From Vulcanimicrobiales bacterium (GTDB lineage: Bacteria; Vulcanimicrobiota; Vulcanimicrobiia; Vulcanimicrobiales; Vulcanimicrobiaceae): DNA of 64,000 bases. How positions within the stretch are numbered: position 1 is the stretch's first letter; each line of letters opens with the position of its first letter. Below, piece after piece: positions 28,304 to 38,101 of this stretch. The stretch is from NCBI GenBank assembly GCA_038231455.1, contig JBBRLI010000014.1, positions 1 through 64,000 of the forward strand, given 5' to 3'. The notes beneath the pieces are model-generated. The model was not told the DNA's origin, did not search any database, and saw only the letters and a list, made by a program, of their open reading frames with translations. Both the position numbers and the translations under genes were made by a program.

Positions 28304-29820
28304 CTCGAGAGAATTTGACTCGGGGTGCTCACGTTTTGCTGCGTGCCGGCACCCGGCGGGTGGTAGCCTTTTTCGACGATTGCAACGAGTTGGTAGAACG
28401 CCGACCACGCAAATCCGAGTTGCGGCTGCAGGCCGTAACCGAACGGCGAGAATGTATCGACGTGCGTACCGCCGGAGACGATGTACTGCCAGTATTGCGA
28501 GGACTGACCCGAAGACCGAACGGCACTCAAATACGGACTCGCATTATTTTGCGGCGTAATGAACATATCGCTTCCGCCCGCGATCGAAACCAGCGGCTTG
28601 CCGATTCGCCCGGTGTGCGCGAACGATGCAATGTTCGCAAGCGCCGCGGACGAGGGAACGTACGATGCCCGATTGGCCGGGACGGCGAGTCCGGTTGCAT
28701 CGCAGGTGCCCGGAAGTTGCACGGCATTCGTCGCATTCGGCGTACACGCCGCGGGGTTGGTCAAGGATGTTGCCTGCGGATCGATCAGCAGTGCATACGC
28801 GAATGCCGTAAGATCGGAATAGAACGACGATTGGCCCGAGTAATATTCGAACCAGAGCGAAGGATGAGCGGCGTTTCCTGCTTGCAAGATGTCGGCCGGA
28901 TAGCCCGCCGCAACGATTGCCGCCGCACTCACGGGATCGGTAAAGCCGCTCGCGACGTAGGCCGACATCGCAGCGATGAATTTCGGTAAATACGTGAGGA
29001 TGTTGAGCGAGGGCGACCAGAACACGCCCGACCAATCGACGCCGCCGTCGATGAGTGAGGGATACCGCTCGAGCAGCGAGCGCACTTGCGCGCCGCCGTT
29101 CGAGAGTCCGACGGCATACGTCCGCGACGGGAGTTTCCCAAAGTTGCGTCCGAGAAAATTTTGCGCGGCGGTCGTGAGCGTTGCGAATTCGACGTTCCAC
29201 GTGTCGATCGTCGGAGCCGGAGTCTGCGTGAGCGCTCCGAATCGGAAGCCGAGCTTGTTCGTCTCGAGTTTCGCAAGGTCAAACGAAATCGGGAAGAACG
29301 TCGAGGGAGACGGCGTCGCGGCGATCGACTCGACGATTGCGTTGAACCCGACGCCTTTATTACTCGAAGCAAACGCGTAGCCGTTGGCTAGCGCAAAGTC
29401 GCCCCAAATCGCGTCGTTGGCAAACTCGCTGCGAAACGATGGCGTCCCGGCGACGATCAGCTTGCCGTTCCACGGGGTCGGCACTTTGATGACGTAGCGT
29501 TCGTTTGTCGCATACGAACCCGTGGCGATCATCCCCGGGATCGCCGACCCCGCGGGCGAGGGCGTGCCGGCAACGATCAGCGCTTTTGCATCACCCGACG
29601 GCGAGTAGCCCGGGAACACGGCGGGCGTCGGCGCTTGGCCGAAGCGCAGGTCGATGACCGTCGTCCCGGTTGGAATAAACGGCGCGGCGGGCACCGGCGG
29701 CAGCGTGGGGTTCGCGGGAAGCAGCGCGGTCGATCCGCCACCGCCGCATCCGGCCAAGAGCGGGACCGAGCCCGCCGTAATCGCGAGAAATTTCGAGCGT
29801 GAAAGCTGCACGAAAACCAC
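28300..29820 (-). CDS. tannase/3-hydroxybutyrate-oligomer-hydrolase-like alpha/beta hydrolase, lipoprotein
   Basis: Tat-like/lipobox N-terminus (LAGC), WNGKL, nucleophile GLSNGG, DGGVDWSG and GGTHVD. Confidence 0.75.
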   Translation of the reverse strand: MVFVQLSRSKFLAITAGSVPLLAGCGGGGSTALLPANPTLPPVPAAPFIPTGTTVIDLRFGQAPTPAVFPGYSPSGDAKALIVAGTPSPAGSAIPGMIATGSYATNERYVIKVPTPWNGKLIVAGTPSFRSEFANDAIWGDFALANGYAFASSNKGVGFNAIVESIAATPSPSTFFPISFDLAKLETNKLGFRFGALTQTPAPTIDTWNVEFATLTTAAQNFLGRNFGKLPSRTYAVGLSNGGAQVRSLLERYPSLIDGGVDWSGVFWSPSLNILTYLPKFIAAMSAYVASGFTDPVSAAAIVAAGYPADILQAGNAAHPSLWFEYYSGQSSFYSDLTAFAYALLIDPQATSLTNPAACTPNATNAVQLPGTCDATGLAVPANRASYVPSSAALANIASFAHTGRIGKPLVSIAGGSDMFITPQNNASPYLSAVRSSGQSSQYWQYIVSGGTHVDTFSPFGYGLQPQLGFAWSAFYQLVAIVEKGYHPPGAGTQQNVSTPSQILSS

Positions 29821-29873
29821 CCCTTAAGAGAAAATCTTTCAGGTAGTTGTCGCGGTCATGGAACTTTATGCCT

Positions 29874-30683
29874 TCAGCGGGCGTCTCGGGTAAATTCCAC
29901 GATTGCATCCACCACGGTCGCGGGTGCATCGCGCTGCGGGCTGTGACCGGCGCCCGAGACGATCAGCGTGGTCGTGTGTGCGACGGCCGCCCGGATCGCT
30001 TCGATCTGCGCGAGCGTTCCGTAGGCATCCGCATCGCCTTGGATCGCGAGAACGGGCGCGCGAATTCCGGCGAGCAACGGCTCGATGTTCCACGTACGAA
30101 AGCGCGGGTCGAGCCAAATGTCGTTCCACCCATAAAACGTCGCGTCAACGTTGCGATGATGACGCGCGAGTCGCTCGCGCAATCCGACGGTATCGTACGT
30201 TGCACGCGCCTGCGCGATCGCCTCAACCGTCACGGGCTCGACGAAGACGTGCGGAGCGATGGTGACGAGACCGGCGACTTCATGGGTGCTCGCGTAGATC
30301 AGCGCGATCGACGCGCCGTCGCTATGCCCAACGAGCACGGGACGCGCGATGGTAAACGACGCCAGTAATTCCGGCAGAACCACGCGCGCTTCGTGATGCA
30401 TGTAGTCCGGTTCGCGCGGTTCGGTGAATGGATCGGAATTACCGTACCCATAGCGCGAGTATGCGAGCACGGAACGACCCGACTTCTGCGCGAGCTCCTG
30501 CGGCAAATCGCGCCACAACGCAAGCGAACCGAGGCCCTCGTGCAGCAGCACGATCGTGGGCTCGTCGCCCGCGATGCGTTGCGTGTCGAGCAGGTGCCCG
30601 TCGATCCGGACCTCGCGATGCAGCGCGGCTAGAGTCCCGTGAGCTTCTGTACGGCAAGCGAACTCAGCGCCACGGCAACCCAA
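29874..30683 (-). CDS. alpha/beta hydrolase
   Basis: LLHEGLGS, GHSDG, QGDADAYG and GHSP; start uncertain (TTG 30683 or CTG 30623). Confidence 0.88.
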   Translation of the reverse strand: MGCRGAEFACRTEAHGTLAALHREVRIDGHLLDTQRIAGDEPTIVLLHEGLGSLALWRDLPQELAQKSGRSVLAYSRYGYGNSDPFTEPREPDYMHHEARVVLPELLASFTIARPVLVGHSDGASIALIYASTHEVAGLVTIAPHVFVEPVTVEAIAQARATYDTVGLRERLARHHRNVDATFYGWNDIWLDPRFRTWNIEPLLAGIRAPVLAIQGDADAYGTLAQIEAIRAAVAHTTTLIVSGAGHSPQRDAPATVVDAIVEFTRDAR

Positions 30684-31600
30684 AGCACGAAGCCAAGTGC
30701 GAGCGGACGCGCACCGGAACGAACGAGCCGCGCGAGTTGCGTCTGCAACCCGATCGCCGCGAGGGCCATGCTAATGAGAAACGTCGAGACAAACGCGATC
30801 CCGGCGTGCCACGTGGTCGGCACGACGCCGATTGTGTTCACCAGCGCCCCGAGTAAGAACCACAAAATGAACCACGGGACGATCTTCTTCCACGGAACCT
30901 GAATCCCGGCGGAGCGCTCGCTCCGTGCGCGTAGCAGTGCGAAGACGGCCACGATCGGGAGAATCAGCGTTGCGCGTGCGAGCTTCACGATCGTTGCATG
31001 TTCGCCCGCCTGCGTGCCGTAGACGTAGCCCGCCGCGACAACGGAGGACGTGTCGTTGATCGCAGTCCCCGCCCACGTGCCGAACGCGGATTGTGAGAGC
31101 GCGAGTAGATGTCCGATCGGTGGGAAGACCAGCACCGCGACGATGTTATAGAAGAACACCGTGGCGATTGCAAGTGCGATCTCTTCTTCTGCGGGTTGGA
31201 TGACGGTCGAGAGCGCGGCGATCGCCGAAGCGCCGCAAATCGCCGTTCCGACGCCGACGAGTTGCTGCAGCACCGGGCGGATATCGAGCAGACGCCCGAC
31301 GAGCGGGGCGAGAACGAGTGCAACGGCAATCGTCACCAGCGTGACCGGGAGTGTGGCGAGACCCGTTTGCGCTACGAGGGCAAGGGACAGGCCAAAACCC
31401 GACACGATGATTGCGCCCTGGAGCACTTTCTTTGCGGAAAACGTGATCCCGGCTTTGAAAACATCGGGTGGTGTGATGAATGTGCGTACGAGTACGCCGA
31501 AAACGATCGCGAGGACCGGTGCGCCGATGAGGGGCACGAAGCGCGCCGCGAGCGTTGCGAGTACCGCTAGTGCGAAGGTCGCCGCAAGACCATAGATCAT
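30629..31600 (-). CDS. YeiH/putative sulfate exporter family membrane protein
   Basis: GTAICGASAIAA, GTAINDTSSVVAAG, VKLAR, VPWFI and MALAAIGL. Confidence 0.9.
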   Translation of the reverse strand: MIYGLAATFALAVLATLAARFVPLIGAPVLAIVFGVLVRTFITPPDVFKAGITFSAKKVLQGAIIVSGFGLSLALVAQTGLATLPVTLVTIAVALVLAPLVGRLLDIRPVLQQLVGVGTAICGASAIAALSTVIQPAEEEIALAIATVFFYNIVAVLVFPPIGHLLALSQSAFGTWAGTAINDTSSVVAAGYVYGTQAGEHATIVKLARATLILPIVAVFALLRARSERSAGIQVPWKKIVPWFILWFLLGALVNTIGVVPTTWHAGIAFVSTFLISMALAAIGLQTQLARLVRSGARPLALGFVLWVAVALSSLAVQKLTGL

Positions 31601-32559
31601 GTTTCCCCATCGAAGTAGTCGAGCTGCGGATGACTGCGCACGAGCACCCCATTCGCTTCGACAACGTGTTTGCTCGAATCGGGATAGAAGCAGCTATCGC
31701 CCGCTTTATCGTTCGTCGCGATGATCAGCACAAGCGCGGGCGCATTGCCGCGATGGTTGTCGATGCGGTGCGCGCCAAGCGGCCCGGTGGGAAACGCGAT
31801 GCAATCACCTGCGCGTAGGGACTGCGTTCCCTGCGGCGTGCGCAGCGTTGGCTCGCCGCGCCAGACGATCAGAAACTCTTCTTCGGTCGTATGCCAGTGA
31901 TACGGGCAAATCGACTCGCCCGGACCGAGTAAAAAGGCCGCAATGCCGAGCTTACTCGAACCGATTCGCTCGCCGATTTCAGCGAATGACGCGGTGAACG
32001 GAGCGGGTCCGGCGCCCTCGGGTTCGTCGCGTTCGATTCGTAGCGCATCGATATTGACGATGCGCGGCGCACAGATCGCATCGAGTAGCGCATGCAGCGA
32101 CTCACGCGCCGAGCCGAAGAGTGGCGTGCCGCGCGCCGCAAGCAGATGCACCGCTGCGAGGGCCGCAAGATCGCGCAGCCGTTCCGCCCGCGCTGCACCG
32201 GAGAGCGTCAGAGCGCCCGCCGGACTGCCATCGATCGACACACCCGTGATGAGCGTCTTACGAGCCGCGTCGTAAAACGCGCGTTCGTTCGCAGCGATCG
32301 GAATCGTAATCCACGCGGCATCGTGCGGTTCGCCGGCGAGCGGCACGTTGAGTAAGGCTGCGAAAGCGGACGTTTGCGCTTCGTGCGCGCCGTCGGTACA
32401 AACGGCGGTGTGCACGCCCGCAGCGCGGCACGCCGCAAGCAGTGCCTCCGATGGAAACGGATTGACGACGAAACTGCCCGCGACGATGTATGCGTTGTGC
32501 GGCAGACCGTGGTCCGCTGGAGCGGACCACCAGTCGATCCCTTCGATCACCGTTTTCAT
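31597..32559 (-). CDS. cupin-domain protein with degenerate MBL-like N-terminal domain
   Basis: C-terminal cupin CPYHWHTTEEE...GAH...YPDS; N-terminal half lacks HxHxDH. Confidence 0.7.
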   Translation of the reverse strand: MKTVIEGIDWWSAPADHGLPHNAYIVAGSFVVNPFPSEALLAACRAAGVHTAVCTDGAHEAQTSAFAALLNVPLAGEPHDAAWITIPIAANERAFYDAARKTLITGVSIDGSPAGALTLSGAARAERLRDLAALAAVHLLAARGTPLFGSARESLHALLDAICAPRIVNIDALRIERDEPEGAGPAPFTASFAEIGERIGSSKLGIAAFLLGPGESICPYHWHTTEEEFLIVWRGEPTLRTPQGTQSLRAGDCIAFPTGPLGAHRIDNHRGNAPALVLIIATNDKAGDSCFYPDSSKHVVEANGVLVRSHPQLDYFDGET

Positions 32560-33786
32560 CTACGCGGGGACGGCTTCCATTCGCTTCTTGAGTTCCAGAT
32601 CGATCGCGTCCAAGAACGCCTGCGTGTTCAGGTACGGATGATCGGCGCTGATAAGGATTGCAAGGTCCTTCGTCATCTTGCCGCTCTCAACGACGTCGAT
32701 GCACGTGCGCTCGAGTGTTTCCGCAAAACGCACGACGTCGGGCGTTTCATCGAACCGGCCCCGATAGATGAGCCCGCGCGTCCACGCGAAAATCGATGCG
32801 ATCGGATTGGTCGAGGTTTCTTTGCCTTGCTGATGCATGCGGTAGTGACGCGTCACCGTGCCGTGAGCGGCTTCCGCCTCGATCGTCTTGCCATCGGGCG
32901 ACATAAGAACCGATGTCATCAGACCGAGCGATCCGAAGCCCTGCGCGACCGTATCGGACTGCACGTCGCCATCGTAGTTCTTACAGGCCCAGACGTATTT
33001 TCCCGACCATTTCATCGCCGCGGCCACCATGTCGTCGATCAGACGGTGTTCGTAGCCGATACCCGCAGCCAGAAAACGCGACTTGAACTCCTCATCGAAG
33101 ACTTGCTGGAAAATATCTTTAAAGCGGCCGTCGTACACTTTGAGGATGGTGTTCTTCGTCGAGAGATAGACCGGCCAGCCGCGCATCAAGCCGTAATTCA
33201 AACACGCGCGCGCAAATCCGCGAATCGATTCGTCGACGTTGTACATCGACATCGCAACGCCCGACGATTCAAACGTAAAGACGTCGCGCTCGATCGGCGC
33301 ACTGCCGTCGGTTGGGGTGAAGGTCATCGTGAGTTTGCCGGGGCCGGGCACGAGGATATCGGTCGCGCGATACTGATCGCCGAAGGCGTGACGGCCGATC
33401 ACGATCGGATCGGTCCACCCGGGAACCAGGCGCGGGACGTTCTTGCAAATGATCGGTTCGCGAAAGACCGTCCCATCGAGTTCGTTGCGAATCGTCCCGT
33501 TCGGCGATCGCCACATCTTTTTGAGCTTGAACTCCTCGACCCGCGCCTCATCGGGCGTGATGGTCGCGCATTTGACGCCGACGCCGAATTCGCGAATCGC
33601 GTGCGCTGCATCGAGCGTCACCCGATCGTCCGTCGCGTCGCGATGCTCCATGCCCAAATCGTAATAGCGCAGGTCCACATCCAGATACGGCAGGATCAGT
33701 TTCTCGCGGATCAATTGCCAAATGATCCGCGTCATCTCATCGCCGTCAATTTCGACAAGCGGTGTCTGGACCTTAATTTTTTGCAA
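32560..33786 (-). CDS. icd: NADP-dependent isocitrate dehydrogenase
   Basis: [43 protein letters not shown] and TNPIAS; start set at TTG 33786. Confidence 0.97.
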   Translation of the reverse strand: MQKIKVQTPLVEIDGDEMTRIIWQLIREKLILPYLDVDLRYYDLGMEHRDATDDRVTLDAAHAIREFGVGVKCATITPDEARVEEFKLKKMWRSPNGTIRNELDGTVFREPIICKNVPRLVPGWTDPIVIGRHAFGDQYRATDILVPGPGKLTMTFTPTDGSAPIERDVFTFESSGVAMSMYNVDESIRGFARACLNYGLMRGWPVYLSTKNTILKVYDGRFKDIFQQVFDEEFKSRFLAAGIGYEHRLIDDMVAAAMKWSGKYVWACKNYDGDVQSDTVAQGFGSLGLMTSVLMSPDGKTIEAEAAHGTVTRHYRMHQQGKETSTNPIASIFAWTRGLIYRGRFDETPDVVRFAETLERTCIDVVESGKMTKDLAILISADHPYLNTQAFLDAIDLELKKRMEAVPA

Positions 33787-33925
33787 GGTATCGCCCCGAT
33801 TACTAACAAGAAGGAACGCATCCAGACTCACCCGCCAAGGGACGCACGTGCACTGCATACGCTCTCCGGAGGCGAAATCTTCGCAGGAACGGCTCGCCGA
33901 GCGCGAAGCGGGGTAGAAGATCACC

Positions 33926-34645
33926 ATGCGGCTCGCCACTCTTCTCCTGGCACCCCTGCTGCTCGCAGCGGCCCCGAGCGCCGATGAGGCGGGGTCGAGT
34001 CGCGCGCGCGCGGTTGCCCTGCGCTACGCGGAGCAATCGCACGGCGCCGTGCTCTTTCGCGTCTCAACGCAGACCGATATCCGCGGCGGCCCCGTCCGCC
34101 GCAATGAAGTCTCCGAGGCGATCTATCTTGCCCTCGATGGTGGAATGGTGCGCAAACGCTACCTGCACTTCCGCCAGAACGGGCGCGAGCTCGACGCGCG
34201 GGACCTAGGCGAAAAAAGCGAAGAGGTCGAGACGCCGCTGAGCCGCTTTGGCCTCCGTTTGCCATATCAGCGTGCGACGCTCGGCGACTACCGCTTCGAT
34301 GCGCCGGTCGATCGCGGCGAGACGATCGAGGTTCCCTTTCATGCCGTCGTCCGCGATCAATCGCACGGCGATGGTCGTATGCTGCTCGATCGCGCGACCG
34401 ACCGTATCCAACGGATCGACGAAACGCCGGCGGTTATGCCGCCGCACGCAACGAGCGGCACCGTAAGCGTTATCTTCGGTCCCACGGTCGGCGATCGCTG
34501 GGATATTATCGAAATCGACCACGATTTCGCCGGACAACTGGGCATCCTCCGCGGCAAGCTGCACTCGGCAACGCACTACGACCGCTATGTCCCCTATTCC
34601 GATACGACGCGGGGGCTTGCCGCGCTCGCGGCATTTGACGGCTAA
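33926..34645 (+). CDS. hypothetical exported protein
   Basis: Signal peptide [16 protein letters not shown]; beta-rich; family not recognised. Confidence 0.7.
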   Translation: MRLATLLLAPLLLAAAPSADEAGSSRARAVALRYAEQSHGAVLFRVSTQTDIRGGPVRRNEVSEAIYLALDGGMVRKRYLHFRQNGRELDARDLGEKSEEVETPLSRFGLRLPYQRATLGDYRFDAPVDRGETIEVPFHAVVRDQSHGDGRMLLDRATDRIQRIDETPAVMPPHATSGTVSVIFGPTVGDRWDIIEIDHDFAGQLGILRGKLHSATHYDRYVPYSDTTRGLAALAAFDG

Positions 34646-34672
34646 GGTCGAAGCCGTCGCGAAGCTGGCGGT

Positions 34673-35647
34673 ATGAGCGGAATCGTCAGCCTCTTGCCAA
34701 GTGCCACGGAAATTCTTTTTGCGATCGGCGCGGGCGACCGCGTCGTCGGTGTCACGCACGAATGCGATTATCCCAAGGCAGCGCGTATGCGGCCCGCGCT
34801 CACGCGTTCCGCGTTGCCTGACGCCTTGCAAACGCATCTGGGTGCCGAGCGGAGCGGCATCCCGATCGCGCAGCGCTCGGCGCAGATCAATCGTCACGTC
34901 ACGGCGAGCGTTCATGCGGGATCGAGTCTGTATTTTCTCGACGAGGAACGGCTAGCATCGCTCGCGCCCGATCTGATCGTTACGCAAGAGCTGTGTGCCG
35001 TGTGTGCGGTCTCGTATGAGATCGTTGCAACCGCGGCACGCCGGCTTACCGCCGACCCGCGCATCGTTTCACTCGAACCCGCCAGTCTCGAGGACGTGTT
35101 CGCGACAATCGTCACACTCGGCGATCTTGCCGGTACACGCATCGAGGCCGACGCCCTGGTGCAACGCTTACGCGAGCGGATGATGCGTTTGCGCGACCGC
35201 GTGAACGCGCTCGCCGCGCGGCCGCGCACCTTGGTTCTTGAATGGACCGATCCGCCAATGAGCGGCGGACACTGGACGCCGGGCTTGATCGAGGCGGCAG
35301 GCGGCACGCCGGTCCTCGCGCATCCGGGTGAGAATTCGCAATCGATCGCATGGGATGCAATCACCGCAGCCGATCCCGATGTCGTCATCGTCGCGCCGTG
35401 CGGCTTCGATCTGGCACATGCGCGCACGGCCATCGCCGAACTCGATGCCGTCCCCCAGTGGCGCGCGTTACGCGCGCTGGCGAACGGTCGCGCCTACGCA
35501 ATCGACGGCAACGCCTATGTGAATCGTCCGGGGCCGCGACTGGTCGACACGGCCGAACTCTTCGCCGCCGCAATCGCCGGCGACGACCTCGCTCCGCTCG
35601 ACCGCACCGCGATCGAGCGCATTGCTCCGGCTAGTGCGATCCGTTGA
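34673..35647 (+). CDS. BtuF-like cobalamin/iron-siderophore binding protein
   Basis: IVSLLPSATEIL, VGVTHECDYP, PDLIVTQ and RPGPRL; no signal peptide. Confidence 0.85.
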   Translation: MSGIVSLLPSATEILFAIGAGDRVVGVTHECDYPKAARMRPALTRSALPDALQTHLGAERSGIPIAQRSAQINRHVTASVHAGSSLYFLDEERLASLAPDLIVTQELCAVCAVSYEIVATAARRLTADPRIVSLEPASLEDVFATIVTLGDLAGTRIEADALVQRLRERMMRLRDRVNALAARPRTLVLEWTDPPMSGGHWTPGLIEAAGGTPVLAHPGENSQSIAWDAITAADPDVVIVAPCGFDLAHARTAIAELDAVPQWRALRALANGRAYAIDGNAYVNRPGPRLVDTAELFAAAIAGDDLAPLDRTAIERIAPASAIR

Positions 35648-36200
35648 GCGACGGTAAGGACTGACCGCTTTCGGTGAAACGCGAGGCCGATTCCGAGATG
35701 ATCTTGCGCGCCGCCGATGCATCCTCCCAGCCGTGCGTGCTCGTGTCTTTCCCTTCGAGCGTCTTATACGTGCTGAAGAAATGTTCGATCTTGCGTAAGG
35801 TGTGTCCGAAAATTTGCGTGTAGTTGTGGATGTCCGAGTAGTCGGGCTCGCCGACCGGCACCGCTAGGATCTTATCGTCTTCGTCGCCGCCGTCCATCAT
35901 CTTGAGCACGCCGATCGCTCGGGCGACGACCAGGCAACCCGAGAACGTCGCCTCCGAGACGAGGATCAGCACGTCGAGCGGGTCGCCGTCCAGCGCGAGC
36001 GTCTGCGGAACGAAGCCGTAATCGCCGGGATAGAAGATCGATGAGTGCAGCGCACGGTCGAGGCGAAAGATATCGAGTTGTTTGTCGTACTCGTATTTGT
36101 TGCGCGAGCCTTGCGGGATTTCGACGACGACGTTGATCTCTTCGGGCGCGTTGTTGCCGATGGGGAGAATGAGACGGTTTTTACGGACATCCAAAGTCAT
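35631..36200 (-). CDS. ppa: inorganic pyrophosphatase (family I)
   Basis: EIPQGSRNKYE, YPGDYG, DGDPLD, DDKIL and HFFSTYK; start set at ATG 36200. Confidence 0.95.
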   Translation of the reverse strand: MTLDVRKNRLILPIGNNAPEEINVVVEIPQGSRNKYEYDKQLDIFRLDRALHSSIFYPGDYGFVPQTLALDGDPLDVLILVSEATFSGCLVVARAIGVLKMMDGGDEDDKILAVPVGEPDYSDIHNYTQIFGHTLRKIEHFFSTYKTLEGKDTSTHGWEDASAARKIISESASRFTESGQSLPSLNGSH

Positions 36201-36247
36201 AGCCGTCAGCAATTCTCGCAGCGGCTTCGTGCGGCCTTGCTCGCTCG

Positions 36248-36982
36248 CTACCACACGGCCAGGGCAAGTGCGATGCCGGCTTCGCAGCAGACGATGATGA
36301 AGCCGTAGACATCGCCGACGAGTCCGCCGCCGAGTCGCCGTTTGAGTCGCTCGCCGAGCAGCACGGCGATGAGCGTCGCAGCAAGAAAAATGACCGGCGC
36401 GTGCCAGCCGATGATCGCGCCGAGGCCGGCACAGAGAACGATCGCAAGTGCGACGACCGGGCGCGATGGCGTGGTTTCGAAGACCCGGGTCAGGGCGCCC
36501 GCGCGCGCATACGGGATCCGGTACGCGTTAAGAATGGTTCCGAATCGTGCACTCGCGGCCGCAAATGCAAGGTCGACCGGGAGCATCGCCGTCGGCAGCG
36601 ACCACAGTGCCGCAAGCCAGAGTGCTGCGAGCACCAAGACGTTCGCAATCGCGAACGTGCCGTGGCGCGGATCCTTGAAGATTTCGAGCCGGCGCTCGAT
36701 TGAGACCGAGGCGAAAAGCGCATCTGATGAATCGAGAAACCCATCGAGGTGGATCGCGCCCGTCAGGAGCACGAGTAATCCGAAGGCAGCGCCGACGACT
36801 ACCGCGTGCGGTGCGAAAAACGAGAGTCCGTACGCGGCTCCGCCCGCCAGCGCTCCGATCAGTGCGCCGACGAACGGCAAATAGGCAAGCGCATTTGCAT
36901 CGGGCGCGGGACCGGCGGCGAATCGCCCGACGGGCAAGATCGAGAAGTACGAGATTGCCGTGATGAACGCGCGCAACGGCAC
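36248..36982 (-). CDS. cobS: adenosylcobinamide-GDP ribazoletransferase (cobalamin synthase)
   Basis: TGAIHLDGFLD, KDPRHG and GGLVGDVYG; multiple TM segments. Confidence 0.9.
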   Translation of the reverse strand: MPLRAFITAISYFSILPVGRFAAGPAPDANALAYLPFVGALIGALAGGAAYGLSFFAPHAVVVGAAFGLLVLLTGAIHLDGFLDSSDALFASVSIERRLEIFKDPRHGTFAIANVLVLAALWLAALWSLPTAMLPVDLAFAAASARFGTILNAYRIPYARAGALTRVFETTPSRPVVALAIVLCAGLGAIIGWHAPVIFLAATLIAVLLGERLKRRLGGGLVGDVYGFIIVCCEAGIALALAVW

Positions 36983-38055
36983 TAGACCGTTTGCGGCGCC
37001 GCCGGCTCCTTGGTTGCGACACCCGCTTCAGCGAAGGTCTTCATCTCCGCGACCATCCTTGCCGCGGCTTCGACGATCGGAAACGCCAGCGCCGCGCCGC
37101 TTGCTTCTCCTAAACGCAAATCCAAATCAAAGAGTGGATCGAGGCCGAGCGCCGTAAGCGCCAGCGCGTGTCCGGGTTCTTGCGAGCGGTGCGCGGCGAT
37201 GCAGTAGTCGATCGCGGCGGGCGCGATGCGCGCCGCGATGAGTGCCGCGGCGCTCACGATGAAGCCGTCGAGAAGCACGGGAATGCGCGCACGCGCAGCG
37301 CACAGCAGAACGCCGGCAAGTCCCACGATCTCATAGCCGCCGACTTCGCTTGCGATTTCGTCCCACGTGAAATCGTGGCAACGCGCAAGTCCCCGTTCGA
37401 TCGCAGCGATTTTGATCGCGAGTCGCGCGTCATCGATGCCGGTTCCCCGTCCGACGACCTCGCGAACGGGCTTTCCCGTAAACGCCGCGACGATCGCCGC
37501 GGCGCTCGTCGTATTGCCGATCCCCATTTCGCCAAGAGCGATGATATCAAAAGGTTTGCGTTCCATCACCTCATCGAACGCCGCGATCCCGGCGGCGATC
37601 GTGTAACCGAGATCGTCGCGTTTGATCGCGGGCGTACGCGCAAGATTAAACGTACCGTAACCGACGTTCACATCGAGGAGCGCCGGATGTGGTGCGAGCG
37701 CTTCGCGCACCCCGAAGTTCGCGACGTAGACGTCGGCGTCGACCGCGCGGGCGAAGGTATTGATCGCCGCAAAGCCCGCGAGAAATCCACCGACCATTTG
37801 CGCGGTCACCTCAGGCGGATACGCGCTAACACCTTCGGATGCAACGCCGTGGTCGCCGGCGCCGATCAGGATCGCGCGGCGCTCGAAAAAATGCGTCGGC
37901 GTTCCCCCGACCATCGCGCACAATCGCACGGCAAGCGCTTCGATCTTGCCCAGGCTCCCGACGGGTTTGGTCAGCGCGTCGATGCGCAAGCGCGCCGCAG
38001 CCGCAACGCCGGGTTCGATCGGGGTTATCTGATCGCGAAAATCGAGCGGATCCAT
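36982..38055 (-). CDS. cobT: nicotinate-nucleotide-dimethylbenzimidazole phosphoribosyltransferase
   Basis: LTKPVGSLG, GDHGV, GEMGIGNTT, GRGTG, DGFI and RLGEASG. Confidence 0.95.
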   Translation of the reverse strand: MDPLDFRDQITPIEPGVAAAARLRIDALTKPVGSLGKIEALAVRLCAMVGGTPTHFFERRAILIGAGDHGVASEGVSAYPPEVTAQMVGGFLAGFAAINTFARAVDADVYVANFGVREALAPHPALLDVNVGYGTFNLARTPAIKRDDLGYTIAAGIAAFDEVMERKPFDIIALGEMGIGNTTSAAAIVAAFTGKPVREVVGRGTGIDDARLAIKIAAIERGLARCHDFTWDEIASEVGGYEIVGLAGVLLCAARARIPVLLDGFIVSAAALIAARIAPAAIDYCIAAHRSQEPGHALALTALGLDPLFDLDLRLGEASGAALAFPIVEAAARMVAEMKTFAEAGVATKEPAAPQTV

Positions 38056-38101
38056 ACGCCGAGTCTACGGCACCAAGAGCCGCCGCGCCCGTCTCGCGAT
38101 G

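Noticed and set aside
33787-33925. icd leader as a structured cis-regulatory RNA
   Set aside because: No convincing conserved structure by eye; would need covariance analysis.
32374-33987. 537-aa plus-strand ORF
   Set aside because: Antisense shadow of icd, typical of high-GC DNA. The same applies to 13992-15377, 18691-19986, 37168-38130 and 38222-39385.
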